Assembly: GCA_030141605.1 (NCBI GenBank)
Contig: JAQGDQ010000418.1
Span: forward strand, 62,001 to 126,000
DNA from: Tubiluchus corallicola
Taxonomy: Eukaryota; Animalia; Priapulida
Length of the DNA: 64,000 bases
Direction of reading: 5' to 3'
Positions 1-14,389 of this stretch are shown in pieces (within the stretch, counting starts at the first letter, position 1; each line of letters opens with the position of its first letter). The notes beneath the pieces were generated by a model. That model had not been told where the DNA came from and made no database searches. It was given only the letters and a program-made list of their open reading frames with translations. A program made the position numbers and the translations under genes.

Positions 1-1479
1 CGCTTCTGCTCCGTACAAGTATAAAAGAAAGAAGTAAAGAGAAAAGGCTTACTATATGAATTTCATCGATAATAATGAGCAAAAAGAGGTGCTGCAGTTC
101 CTAGACACGAGCCGCCACTGCAGTTTCAGAGACACAAGTTTACCGCTCACATAAAAACCATAGGTTGGTAAAAATGCAAGAAGCCGTTATGACGTATACA
201 TGTACATTGCAGTTTGAGAATGTTGCTCGTCTACCATCGTGTTCTCGGCACTAGAAATTAAATTACAGTTTCAGCAGATTAAAATCTATAATTGTACAGG
301 AGCGTCAGTGTTCAAGCCTGGATGGGAAAACAAAATCCTCAAATTCATTTCTTTGATAACAACTTTATACAACAACTGAATGAAACGCTCTCATAACATC
401 ACTTCATTTACTTCACAATCGAATTTATTTTAACTTACGCAACTAAATATGTTACTTAAATTAAACGGAACAAACAAGACGCCGGTTTCAAGGAAACAAA
501 ATTTCTTTAACAACACTAAGGGACCAGTATAGGTAACTGGGTCATGTTCACATGTAAGCACAAATTATTTTGTATTTGCAGCCAAGGCAACTTTTCCAAT
601 ATCATTAGGCTTATAGCAAGTTTCCATAGCATTATACTACACAAAAAATCAATAAAAAACCAGCACGTTTAAAAATACATATCATAAACAGTCTCTTTCA
701 CTTAAAGTATTCCTTTTGCTATATCCGTTACACTTTGCTAACTTAATTGCCTCATATCCACCACATAATGTTTCAAGGTCCATGCACAAGTAGAAACTCA
801 ACTCTCGGGTCTTATTAACAATTTTTGTACAAAACACAGACCGGACAATTGTCAAGAAAATAATCCAATTTCAAGCCCGTGTTCTATATCATTTTAAAAA
901 TACGATTTGTGTCGTCTTCGCGTGTAGTATTTTATTAAGTCAACACCAATAAAACTAGAACTATTTTAAGCTTTAACAGTCTTTCAGGAACTATTTACAA
1001 ACACGAGCCCAGTCGATACAAGAACCGAATAAGTTAGAAAAAAAGACTATCAGCCAATCCCTTCGTTACTATATTACATAAATATAACGCTTTCATGTAC
1101 AATCAGTACAAGAGCTACGAATTCCTTTACATTTCTGTTCCAAGCTGATGTAACATAACAGAAATTTAATGGATTTGCATAAGAAAAAGTGCCCATTAAA
1201 GGATAAGAAAAGGAGTACCTGAAAGTAGGATTCAGATAAATCACCTTAAAAAATTATATCACTTCATAGCAATTTTATGCGTATATTGAAAATAATTTTT
1301 GTTTGTCTTCTTTATAAATCTCCCGCGACACTGTTCTGACCACACCATCACATGACATCATATACAAACAACGTAAAACAGGACAAGAAAAGGAAATGTT
1401 AAACTATGTCCCAAAAAAGTTTCCATGCAAATCTATATATTACTTAGCATTTCGCTTACCTGCTGGAAAGACTTATGTA

Positions 1480-1870
1480 ACTAGAAAAGAAAATTATTAA
1501 TTTTTTCATGTTTTCACCATTTGGTAGAATGTTGCTGACTCACCCTCCAGGGTGCACCACTCACTAACCAAAAACGTATTTTTAATCTTGACAATGTACA
1601 TTAATTTAAAATTTTACTTAGTTAGTGACACACGTGTGCTGTGAATGCTCTGATTATTTTTTCATACTTTATCCAGCGTTATCCTAACTTGTTTCAAATG
1701 ACGTCTCGTCAAAATGGTTGCGTCTAACGGTCATCGTGTGAGTTTAAATTTACATGTTTTATACAGTGTTATTGTCAACACAAGTCTAACATACAAAAAG
1801 GCAGGATGCAAGTGTAATAAAATTTCAAGACGAATTTTGTAAGGTTTACGTAAGTGCTTTAAGTCTCAAA
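1480..1870. mobile_element. MITE family B partial copy
   Basis: Shares GAATGCTCTGATTATTTTTTC...AACTTGTTTCAAATG and downstream sequence with 21490-21700. Confidence 0.6.
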
Positions 1871-2767
1871 AATTTTTATTGGGCACTTTGTCTTCTCAAT
1901 GGGCACTTTCCCTTTTTTACAATTATGGCCATGGCAAGTCCCAGAAGTGCACAATCTGATTTTCAAGCGAATTTGCACAAGACCTGTGCAGGTGATGTCA
2001 ACTGACAACTTCACACCCACTGCAGCTGAACAGCTGTCTGACAAGTTAAACTTACTGCAACGTGGCCCAAATATTCCCAACTTGAAGATTACGAAATTGG
2101 CAAAGAAAAACGTCATGGGAATCAACAAACTTTCTTTTAATTGTAGATAAGGAAACATTAGAGCTCTGTGTGATTCCAAGCTGTTCGTATGATAAGTTAC
2201 TGTAACGAGTACATAAGTGTAATTAATTACCCACTCAGAGAATCAGCAGATATAGAAATGTAAACTGTATCACACTGCATACCGTCATTCTATCACAAAT
2301 AGAGACGTAAAGTACCATCATCACTTAGGTAGATTTATTCTGGGAATACCATAATTAAACATGCAAAGGATATTTGATTTTTGAATTCAAAAAATGTTTG
2401 CTAGTAGAACTAATGAGCCTCAACGTACAACGTAATATATTGTAATGGCAACATTGCTTATACGGCAATACAGCTCGTATTTAAATCACAAAAGTTTATA
2501 ATTACCATAGCTTATAAGATTAGCTTTTTAACATGCGGTAATGTAAGGTTAGGAAGAAGCTACAATATATTACGAATTTCTAATGGAAGCTGTTACGCTG
2601 CTACGCAAATCTTCAGGTTAGATAAAGCTCAGGTAGTTTTTCTTATACAACTGAATTAAATTAAACATGCACAATGCAATTTACAGTGCTTGTGCATTGT
2701 TAGAGCAGTGCTTAACACATACAGCAGGCCTCAGCGAGAACAGTAGGATGTTGGGGGAGGATATATT

Positions 2768-5700
2768 TTATTTCGGATGTGGGGGTGGTGGTTCCCGCCC
2801 CTTTTTCTTTGTTTCGGCTCCCTGACGGCGAGGGTTTCTTTTTGCACCAGTGCGCTGTTGCGTCTCTCCGGTTGATTTTGCCACAGATGGCACCGTGTTT
2901 GATGAAGTTAGTTTTGAATCAGATGCCGCCTGCGTAACCACCGGCAACAGAGGTGAAGAAGAGCGAGCAGAGTCCGTCCGAGTGACGGCTGCCGTGGCTT
3001 CATCTGTTTTACTGCTAGCTGCTTCAGCAGAATCTGAAATGTATGAATGCAAACTGAAATCTTGTAAATGTTTATAAGACGCTTGTACAAATTACAGGTT
3101 TTTACAGTAATCGCAATCAATCAATCAATTTATTTCACTCCAGCCATACATATACAATACATCAACATACAATATTATTGAAAAAAAAAGAAACATTATA
3201 GGTAAAAAAAACGTTGAAGTCAAATTAACCAAATAAAAGAGTTGCTGTATGACACCTTGAAAACTTGGCTTGTTAAGGTGACAGAAGTGAGTGAATGAAA
3301 GAATCGTTAGGGTTAGTAGACATGACGGAATGGAAAAAAAATAGTAAGATTAGGGATAGGAAGGAAAAGAGGAGAAGAAACGACCACAGTGTATATTTAA
3401 TTTACATAGAGGTATATTAAAATAGCATTATAATTGATTGGAGGCCATATATTGCGACTGCATGATATCACTTAGCACCTGTAACTATGAGAGCTAAAAT
3501 GGCATAGTGAGGAGGGAATAGAAACCACAGTTAAGCATTGCTAACTCTTGTGAGTAGTTAGTACACGAATAGGAAGGTGACAGCAGGAATATAACTGGTT
3601 ATTCACTGAAGCCTGTCAGCCAATAGATGGCCAACAACAAGCTGCATAGCACAAGCAAATGCAAGGTCATCTGAGAAGAGCAAATTGTTAACTTCTCCTT
3701 AGTTTCTCCTTAGCTGATCGGTTGGCTTTTCCTGGAACTCTGTACAGCAGGCGATCAATAAAATAATGTGTACGATCATGCAAAGACTAAACTACTCAAT
3801 AGACTAAGTTGGATTATCCGAAAAGGGTGTTTTTCTTAATTTTGTGCAATCACTTATAAATGTTTAAACAAATAGCATGATTGGATAGCCGAGATTCTCC
3901 TGAATAGAATAATGCCTAATTTGTAATCATTTAGTTATGTCTGTGCTCAAACAGTTGCAGAAAAATCATAGGTCACATAAGACCTATTTTGAATGGTGCA
4001 GTCCTGAAAGAGTTAAAAGAATTCTTATTGCAGGGTGACTCGGTCTCAGAATAATCGAAAACCAACCAAAGTTTTCTAGACAGTAACACCATTTAACCTT
4101 CCGTCACCGGAAGTACGCGAATACGGCCAATGGGCTGTACTTGTACTCCATGCATGCATAAACACAGAATAGATGCTACAGTGCCGCTAGCGTTGAACAG
4201 TTAAAACTTTGACTACTTTGCTGTATACGCATAAGTTGTATTAAATTTGCACATGAAATATTACAAGAACATCATCAGTGAATTTCATTTAGCGAATTAG
4301 GTTATTTTACATAATTAGGCCTCCAAGGGCTAATATAGGTCATTTTTCACAACCAGGTAAATTTCAAAGCCAGCTAACACGTACTATAAAAAAATTTAGC
4401 ATTTGCTTACATTCTCATTTCCGCCTATGCTAAATAAGAGAGAAAGTCAACATGACAAGAATACTAGTGCTAGAATAAAAACACACCCCACTGCGATGTA
4501 CGTGACATGATGTGCAAGTGGTCAAATGACATCTGTTTATAGTACATAGGTAATGTAACCATTTAAACACAGAAGAGGACAGGCACTAGCAGCTTCAGGG
4601 CAAAATGGTACAACTAGAGAAATAAACACTCTTGGAGTGTTTCGGCACACCATTTCTGGTGGCTGAGGGTTAAAAGTTGCTGACTGAAAAGAGATACCAT
4701 TCAGACATGAAAAGTGCTGGATCAAAAACAGTCTACTAGTTTAATATAGAGGCATTGCAGTTTTGCTGTGGAGCTCAGGAACTAATGTTCGCCAACTAAG
4801 GCCAAATAACGGCTTTGAGTAGGAAACTGCTGATCAAGAATGAAAATTACATTAAAAGGTTAAACTAACCATTAAACCACATAGATGGCAGCAATGATAG
4901 TTTCAGTAAAAGTCTCACCGTCCAGCGTAGGAGTGACAACATCATCTATAACTAGATTCTGAGAAAGAGCAGACAAGAGTAGTTCCTGCATAAATTGACT
5001 ATGATCCGCCCGCTCCACCTCCAGTGCAGCCTGTTCTCCGTCGGATAGCACAGGATCTGAATACCTAAATTAATAAAAAAGTGATATTACTGGCACAGCA
5101 GTCATTTCATTTCTCTACTCAGAGCAATGACAATGTGAGGTAGAAAAAGTCACTTGAAAGAAGAAATGTTGGATTTGTTTCCAGATTGAGCGGTCTGTCT
5201 GTGTGTCTGTCTTTTCACACATCTCAGCTATTGGACCTGCAGAGCTGATGTTGGGCAAGATGTTTGCCGAGGCTGCTTAATACGATACAATTAATAGTAC
5301 CAATACCCCGGGCCTCAAATATATCCAGAGTCAGTTATGTATCTGCTCATTAAATCTATCATGCTGAAGGTGTTTTAATACAGCTTTTTACTCAAACTAG
5401 CTTCTCCAAAATGAAATTGCATGCAGAGTTAATGTATCTACACGTACACATATTTTTATTTGTTACTATAGCAACAAAAAATGCAACAGATTTTATTAAT
5501 GAATTTCAACTTTCTTTTTCTGGTGTTTTTTTAATTATGAACTTGAGTAAAATGAATTCAATGTCTCTCAAAACAACCTGAAGAAAAACCTACAGCAGTG
5601 CAGCTTTACCTAGAAATAACAGTAATGAATCAATGAAACTTTTGAATCATAACAGAAAACATTCAAATCCGTTAAAGACTTGTGTTGATCAATCAAGATC

Positions 5701-8700
5701 CAGTCGAGAACCAGCAGACGTGGATCTGACGCATGATGCAGAAGTAACCAATACCTTGCTAATAAGAACATGGAGTTTGATGGTGGAGGTCGCTCCACAT
5801 TATCAAGCACTAGATTATTAGTTGACATTGTGTTGCTGGCCTCCTTGCCTCCAGCCTGTCTCCGTGGTAACCGCTCTAGATGTTGCCTCGCCATCTAGAA
5901 AACAAGCAAAATTTGAAAGCACCTCAGCCGTCTTGAGCATCAAGCAATGAATTTCTCCTCTTTGTTGATTAAAAAAAACAAACAAACAAGCAATAACATG
6001 TTTCATCAAAAGCTTTGACACCAAGATAACATGCCTTGCTATTGCACACCCACCAGCACAGAAAAAAATTTTGATTTCGGTCCGTGTAAGTGTACACAGG
6101 TAAAATTTTCATGGCAAAAGTAAGCACACCTGAGCTTGTTGTCGTTCTAATTGCAAATGAACTTGCAGCTGCTGCAACTGCGAACTAGTCGTGTTCTGCT
6201 GGGAAGTGGAGTTACTAGATAGACCGGTCACTCGACGAACTCCAGATAGTTGAGATAGTAGTTCTAAAAATGTACAAAATGGAAAATAAACAAAATACAC
6301 GTTTCTGCACATATGTGCATCAGTAATTCAATACTGAATACATGATTCTGCACATATGTGCATAGGTAATTCAATACTGAATACATGATTCAATATTGAA
6401 TACACGTTTCTGCACAAATGTGCCTTGGTAATTCATTACTGAATACATGTATCTGCACATATGTGCATCGGTAATTGAATACCGAATACACATTTCTGCA
6501 CATATGTGCATCGGTAATTCAATACTGAATACACATTTCTGCACATATGTGCATCGGTAATTCATTACTGAATACATGATTCTGCACATACGTGCATTGG
6601 TAATTCAATACTAAATACACGATTCAGCACATACGTGCATCAGTAATTCAATACTAAATACACGATTCAGCACATGTGCATCGGTAATTCAATACTGAAT
6701 ACGTGATTTTGCACATACGTGCATCAGTAATTCAATACTGAATACACGATTCAGCACATATGTGAATCAGTTATTCAATACTGAACACAGGATACTGCAC
6801 ATACGTGCAACGTTAATTCAATACTGATCATTAAAAACTACCGAAAACTGAGAAATTCATGTCTTGGGACAATTTTAGGCATTTTTAGCTTAAAACTGAC
6901 ACGAGTGTTCATACGGACATAACTGCTAAATCCACGAAGAATTATCCTCAGACTTTTCTAAAAACTGATGTGGACGAGTCGACATTTCTACAGACAACAG
7001 TATGGACTGCAGATTGCAATAAGCAGCAAATATCCAATGCCAAACAATAGACTGAAATAACAAGCACCCGGCAAACATTGTTTTGCTGTGGTACAGCAAA
7101 AGTAATACAAGACAGGCCTGGTTTGCATTCAAACACCACAGAAAGAGAACAGTGTCCAATTTCACAAATCTCACTAACTTAATGAGATATTAATTATTAA
7201 TAGTTAAGTAATACTTAAGTAAGTAATCATTATTAATAGTTAAGTAAGTGTAATAACGACATTGTTAACTTAGTGACCATTTCGTGAAACTGGCCCCAGA
7301 TTTGTTATAGTTTACGAAGCAAAAACAATAACAACAAAAACATGAAGTAGACGGCTCACTTCCCGTTAAAGGAAAACTACTTATTTTGAAACTATATGAA
7401 GTATGAACTGCTATAAAACAACAAAGGGGTAAAACTAATTTTCTTTTGCGAAACATAAATTTTCAATCCACGCCTTACCAGCTATCGGATCCATGGATTC
7501 CCTATTTCCTGGAGACAACACAGAAACGCCTGAAGAGTTACCGAAGTGCATGTTCGTACGTCGAGCCCGGCTAGAGGTCACACCTCTGCCGGGATGAGGT
7601 ATCCTTCGTACGTGTCGGGAACCTGCGGGTTCATCGTGAAGACGTGTTAAGGATGACAATTTTAAAAGGCTTTTTCAATTTAGCTGAAGTCCGCATTCAA
7701 TTTTACAATTACAGAAGTTACTGCTGCAGGAATGCTATCTGCTACCAACACCTCATTAACAAGTTTCCTCTCATTATAAAGACATCCTTATTAGCTTCAT
7801 TTTTGACTTAAAAATGATGTACAAGATTGTGCAAAAACATATCAATTTAAATTTTGACGATTTCTTCACTTTTTTCCCCATTTCACATTCGGAAAGACAC
7901 GATTATAAGCTTTGCTTCAATTCGTCTATTAATTTGTACAAATATGCTTTTGCACATAGAATTTGCAGTATCTGAAATGGCCTCAGTTTTCACACTTCCA
8001 ATTCATCCAGTCTGTCAGCTTTTAGTAGAAAGCTAGCTGAAATTTGTTGTTAAAATTTTGTAAATTTAATAGATTTTTATAAAACATTTCAACCTGGCCT
8101 TCAACATTTCAACATCTCTCCAATTCTGTAAAATTTAAACCTTGTATATATTTTACTGATTTTTTATATTTTATCGCATTTTTAACGTACGTAATGTAAA
8201 TTTGATCCAATGTAAACTTATTCATTTACTCGTACTTGACCCTTTACAATATAGGCTGTAATAAGAAGTAATATATCGTGCCACGTTCATCTTATATATA
8301 AAATATTGTATACTTTATAAATGTTCCTAATAAATAATAAATAAATAATAATCAAACCAAACTAAGTCAAAAAAATGAAATGTCAAAAAGTCAGAACTGA
8401 ACCTCTATTTGAACCTGAACCATTGGATTACTATTCTTAATAGCTCACCAACGAATCGTACATTTCTTAATGTTAGCATACTTGTACTAGATTGATTGCT
8501 AACTAATTACATGCAGATTAACTTTTCGCAATTAATAGAAAGCCAGGAAATTCTGTAGGATATTAATTAATTAATATAATATTAATTTCAAGTTTTTTGT
8601 TTTATCGTTGCATAAACCCACACTTATTAAATTAAACGTAACCCAAAGGAAAGAAATAGGAAAAAGTCAGGACTGAATTTGCACTCAGATTGGATGCTAA

Positions 8701-11700
8701 TCTGACATTCGACAGATAATGATTAATATCAATTTTGCCGGTAAAAAATCTGTGTATTAGAAACCTGTTGACTACTGAACTCAAAACCAACAAATTCGAG
8801 TAGAACTAAAGAACGTTTTTGTCCCTTTTTACCGACCCATCTGTATAAAATGTCACTCCAACCATCCATGTATTGCAACAGTAACATTACTCTGTGCTTG
8901 TCTTTATACAAAAGGATATGTGAAAAGAAATGAGGTCTCTCGGAGCTCTATGCTCTAAAGACAAATGAGCTGCGAAGTCGTCCGTCACGTGGTTTGGTTC
9001 TCCTTGCGGTTGTGATGCGCACACAGGGCACACCTAAATTTAAATGCCATACGTTTACAGCTTCATAAATAGACAACTCTTATTAATGGCTACTCAACCA
9101 ATAACCTATTGTAGACATACTGACACGCCAGCAGAATAATATATTACAGGAAAAACATCTGTCCTTTCAAAAATCCTAGCAGAAAATCAAACTAATAGTC
9201 ATAAAACAGCATGATTTTAAGACACTCCTATAGAAAAATATAATATGACCACAATGTGACAGCTATTTCCTTTAAGCCAGGCTTTCACAGGTTTGTGACT
9301 TTGGCGACAGTCCAACATTCATCAAATATGCTCCAAAGTAAGCCAAGCAGTCGGAAAACATTCGCTGGTGTTCGCCATTGTCGCCAAAATGTCACCGATT
9401 ATTTTTAAAATTTTAAAAAATATTTAAAGTTTGCCGCCAGACTTGCAAAATTTGCCACTTTGCTAAAACTTCTCCAAACTGTCACAATGTTGTCTTAACA
9501 TCAGCTAAATTTTCGCAAATTTGTCGCTAAACATTCGCAAAAATTTCAGAATCCGCAAGAACTTGGCGAACGTTTTGTAATGCTTTTGAGACTGTTGAGT
9601 ATACTTTTCAACACTTTAGCGAGCCTCAGTTGTCCGGTAATTCTTTTTACGTGAAACTGTCTTGAAATGATTGCAAAATACTCGAGCAAGTGTCGTGCAA
9701 AATTCGCCTTGTTGCATAAGTGTCGCAGAAAATCGCTTGTTTTCAAAACGGTAGGTCTATATTAAGTACAAGTGACACAGCAATTTAACCACCCATCCAT
9801 TTACTATTAACTTTCTAATCTGCTTAACTTTTGAAACTGAAAACAATGAGGTGACAACATAGTTATAGCCCTATAGCATCAATTTCAAATATCAAGGTTT
9901 TTTTGTTTTTCAGCTCAAATTTTAGAACAGAATATTCCATCAAAAACATATCACACAAAACGTTGCAAAAAGCTTACACATCAAATAAATTGTTTCAGTT
10001 CTAGCTCACTAAGTAAGATCATTTCTGAGCAACAATTTCCAAACTATGTGACACTTTTAAAAAAAATCTGGATGCAAAACCCAGAGAGCAACAAGAAGAA
10101 AAAAAAGAAACAACAAGAAACAGTGGGACTTACCACTTCTGAGCTGACATCAGTATGATTCGCAGACACGTGCTCTTGTAGCGTGGACTCGGTAAATCCC
10201 ATTTTAGCACAGAAGGGACAGGTAAAAGACTGCGGTTGTTCTAGTAATGTCTCACCACCATAATACAATCCTATAATATGCAGAAATGAGTTAGTTTTAT
10301 TTTATATGAATAGGGAACCAAAAAATTAAGCTTTCAGAAGCAAAGACTGTGTGAGCTTAGAGAGGTAAGTAAGATATAAGTCAAAGACTTTATCTGGTAT
10401 CGAAAAGCAACAAGCCTGGTGGTTGTACTACAGTGTAAACTTAATTAATTAAGCAAATCAAAAACAAACAATTGGTTTAATAAAGTATCAGAACAAAAAA
10501 ATTTGTTAGTTGAAAATTTGGCTTAATTTATGCAGAAAATTGTTTTCTTTAAATCGATCAATAGTCCAGCATCGTTCACTGATAAAATTCTTATATTTTT
10601 AGAAAAAATTGACTTCTTACACCTCGCAGATTCCTTCAGTTGCTATTATAGACTATGTGGTCTTACCAAAATCTGTCCTAGTAAGAATGCACTGCATCGG
10701 GTGGTCAATCGTATGCCGACTCGTCGTAGCTCCCGCTTCGTAACAAGTATCACAGAGATCATAGTCGTAACAAATTAGGCATTTGTAACGGCGTCCCCGA
10801 AAATTACCTTTCAGACAGGAATCACAGCTCACGCCTAGAAAAACAAAGAATGCAGACAAACAAACAAACAAACAAAGAAGAACAAACAAAAACGTTTTGG
10901 CACAAAATCTGCAGCAATCAACAGTGCTTGAGCTACAAAACTGTAAAAGATATGCTAAAAGAAAGTACATTGTGGTGTTGAACGCCAGTCCGGGGGAGCA
11001 TAATAAACTCCCTAGCATGGTTCAGGGCAGAACCAGGAAACATTTGTGGGGCATTAAATTACCACAAAAATTCAAATAGGTAAAAATATCCAATTCAAAC
11101 TGCTGCCAAGCTAAAAGCAAAGTGGTTTCAATTTTAGTGGACGTGCACAAATTGGTGTCAAATTTTTTTGTTTTGTTGAGCAAAATTTGGAGTGAAGACA
11201 GGTAATGTACGTCAGCGCTCGCTACTGGCTTCTGTGACCTGCGATGGGGATAATTACACAATTACACCACAAACGGTTATTTAAAGAAAATGACAAAACT
11301 TCCTTTAAAAAGCTGTGCAAGCAGCTGAATCTATTATGAAAAAAATGCTAGGTTCGCCAAATTTGCTTTCCTAAAAGACATAATGTTTTTGTAAATTAGG
11401 CTGCTGGTGCTTGGTTAATTGAGTAAACAGTTCAAGACTTGTAAGGCATGACAAGTGACTGAAAATAAGGTTAGTTATCCGCAACATCTCCCTGTTAGAC
11501 TGATGATTAATGTATACAAAGAATATATTAACTAAGTGGAAAAGTTATGCATGTGAAAACATTTTGTCGACAGGCAAAAACGGAATGGAAAAGACATCGT
11601 ATGTAAATGCGAGTTATCAGAAAGAATACAATTTCAGCTACCCAAACTAATACTTTTCTAAATATACGCTTTCTAATTGCATAAACTTAGCGCATTTGCG

Positions 11701-12028
11701 TACATTGCGCACTCAATTTAAACACTGATAACCAAAATAAATTATGACAACTTAGACTCCTTTAACTGCATTCGTCGTACAAGATGAAATGTATCCACAC
11801 TGTAAAATAAGTTTGTAATTGTATCGAAAACAAGTTTAGCAGCAGTCACCTTATCAATATTAACATGACAAGTTCACGTAAAATGGGCTTTAAGTTCAAT
11901 TAACATCACAAGCTGATTACATAACAGAAACAGCTTGCCGACTCTGCTATGTTATACTACAAAACTAATAATGAAAACTGCAAAAGTTTAGAAAGTCGAT
12001 TACCATCATGTCGAGAATCACGAGACAT
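2768..12028 (-). CDS. KCMF1: E3 ubiquitin ligase KCMF1 (ZZ zinc finger + Di19-type C2H2), 9 coding exons, 428 aa
   Basis: Exons 12004-12028, 10667-10834, 10134-10270, 8920-9033, 7479-7635, 6130-6263, 5755-5894, 4919-5064, 2768-3033 join in phase (1287 nt). Peptides [89 protein letters not shown] and C-terminal EPPPP match KCMF1. All introns GT-AG except 7636-8919 (AT-AC). Confidence 0.96.
3114..3990 (-). mobile_element. Probable LINE 3' remnant with AATAAA and (ATTG)n tail
   Basis: Minus strand ends AAATAAATTGATTGATTGATTG at 3135-3114; far boundary is a guess. Confidence 0.4.
6294..6827. repeat. 43-bp minisatellite, about 12 copies, palindromic core
   Basis: Unit AATACACGTTTCTGCACATATGTGCATCGGTAATTCAATACTG. 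Confidence 0.9.
7636..8919 (-). other. U12 (minor spliceosome) AT-AC intron in KCMF1
   Basis: Donor ATATCCTTT (8919-8911), branch site TCCTTAAC (7653-7646), terminal AC (7637-7636); splicing joins RDLISFH to DEPAGSRHVRR in frame. Confidence 0.93.
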
Positions 12029-12949
12029 CTTTACTTTTCCAAAGACTGACGACAATAATACAGTTTGATCACGTATAATTGCGAAATAAAAAAACCTCTA
12101 AAAAGCTCTCGTCCAGAACACTCAATTACATTTCGTTACGAACTTGGCACAAACCTACTAAAAAATAAAGATATACAAACTACCATGAACTTTTACTTTT
12201 TGCTGCGGCGTAACTTTTGGCAACGAAGACGCACCGTCGACGGCAGACGCCACACTTCCACTCCTAACGGAAAATAGTGGGTCCCTGAATCAAAAAATTT
12301 ATTTTATAATTATCCGGTAGGCAGGTATAGCGGTAGGCAGCTACTGTTATAATTTTTATCGTTATTAATAACAAAGGAAAAAATACGACTTGTAACAATT
12401 TTTACTTGGCCAATGTATTCTGTTTCTTGAAATAGAACACGTTAGCCATATTAATAAAGAAAGTCAAGCTAAGTTATATAATAATTATTCTAACGTTTCA
12501 GCATTTTTGCAAGATATTTTTAAAGAATCTGGATCTAAGGTAGATATACGTAAGCTGCATAGAACTAACTAGATGCTTAGTCCTTTTAGTCACGTTCTGA
12601 CACATTCCTGTTCCTGTTCATGCCCTAGTTTTTGTCACAAACTCTTTCAAATTGAATTTTGTGATGAGGAGAAATATTAGACGTTGTTTTCATTAGTACG
12701 TTAATAATTTTTTAGCCATGTTGATTATATTGATTATTGTAATTATGCATCTTAGCCATTGTGTTGAAGTGTAATAAGAGTTCTTTTCTGCTTACTTAAA
12801 AATTAAGTTTGGTGTTAATGTGCACGTGATTAATGGATATTTTTAGTTCACATTTTTATCTCATTCCATTTTATGATGTAATAATAGCGAAATGCCAGTT
12901 ATTTTCATTTCCCATACACACACACAAAAGAAGATTCGATCCATTACAA

Positions 12950-13460
12950 AGTCATTGCATATCAGCATTGCATACCAATTATAAAACCATTCATATGGAA
13001 AGACTTCATCGGTTCAATGGGTAGGTGGATGTGTGCTTTTAACATCTTAGCATCTAGCTGTTCCATTCTTGTCAACCAGCACGTAGAATATGAGATTTAT
13101 TACTAGCAAGTCTTCTTTTAAAATCATCTTTTACAATCAATGTGAATCATTTCAGTTTGCACACTGTATTATAACTATGCTGAGACTGGATCAGGTAGGA
13201 TTTGTTTAAGTTACCTAAAACTAATTTGTGATATGCTATCAAATGCCTTATTTAAATCTAAATGTGTTGGTAATATAAAATGTATTGCTTGTTTTCCAAA
13301 CTATGTCTCCAATTTTCTGTAGCGTGTATTAGGGCGTCAATGGATAACTGTTGTTAAAGGATGCCAAACTTGATAAAAACCTGCATTTATTTACACTTTA
13401 ATATTTTTCTGATCATAAACAATTCTTGCCCAAAGTTTGCCAAGGAGCAATCTGTCAGTT
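12950..13460 (-). mobile_element. Degenerate CR1/L2-type LINE reverse transcriptase fragment
   Basis: Minus-strand remnants GKLWARIVYDQ, IDALIHATENWRHSLENKQY and LDLNKAFDSIS with frameshifts and stops; boundaries approximate. Confidence 0.75.
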
Positions 13461-14061
13461 CCCTTAGTGCTGATGATTCTTGATTCTTGTATGTGCGTCT
13501 TTTGCCTGAATGTTTTGTCGAACAATAGTCCTATTAAACAAACCAGATGTTTGTCAATCCACTGCTTGCAGTCTTCTCTGTGGTCATTCCTCTTTTTTGA
13601 AAACTTAACCTTATGACCAGTTTTATATTAGGCATCGTGATGTTGTAACCACATATAGTCACTTTTGCAAGTATTCGTTGATGCAGTGTTGTTGGATCAG
13701 ATTTACATTACAAGCGGCAAGAAGTCCTCAAGCATGATGATTTTTACCTTGTACCTCTTCAGATTTTCTGATTTCTAACTGCATGTGGAGTATTTTGTTG
13801 TCTGAAATGAAACAAAATTCTTTTTATTAAACTGTAAAACATTAAATGCTATGTTGAACCTTGTAGCAGCTATTTAATACTAGCGCATTAACGTTAGTAG
13901 CCTAACTGTATTATTCATTAAAGAGTTTCTACTTTTTAATGGACTTGGTTTAATCTGCATCCTTATCTAGTCCTCTTGCTTTAGTACACCACAGATTGCA
14001 GATCTTATTTCAAAACCATTAAACTTGGTTTTTCTGCAGATTCAAGCAGTACCTTATCCCC

Positions 14062-14062
14062 C

Positions 14063-14118
<56 letters not shown>
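14062..14118. repeat. (CT)n microsatellite upstream of SEC62
   Basis: Visible CT run about 270 bp before the ATG. Confidence 0.95.
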
Positions 14119-14120
<2 letters not shown>

Positions 14121-14389
14121 AGATATATGTTAAGTTTAATCTCATTTTTGCTGAAGTGAAGTGTTCTTCAGTTTCAGTTTGTCAGCTAATTATTATTAAT
14201 GCATTGCATTTCTGTGTAATTATTATTATCATCCTTATAGATATTATCTGCTTTCGAGTTACAAACTTTCAACTCGTTTTTATGTTATTATCATCACAAC
14301 TCATCACACTAGTCGCTAGGAACTGCAAGAGCATTTAAATCGGATAACTTCGTTAAGATAGAATTCATTGTTATTTGGAAGAGCGAAGC

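Noticed and set aside
1-37. Possible end of an upstream plus-strand CDS (ASAPYKYKRKK-stop)
   Set aside because: Too short at the window edge to identify.
1859-2179. Overlapping 106-aa and 83-aa ORFs
   Set aside because: No recognisable homology or splice context; probably KCMF1 3' UTR or intergenic.
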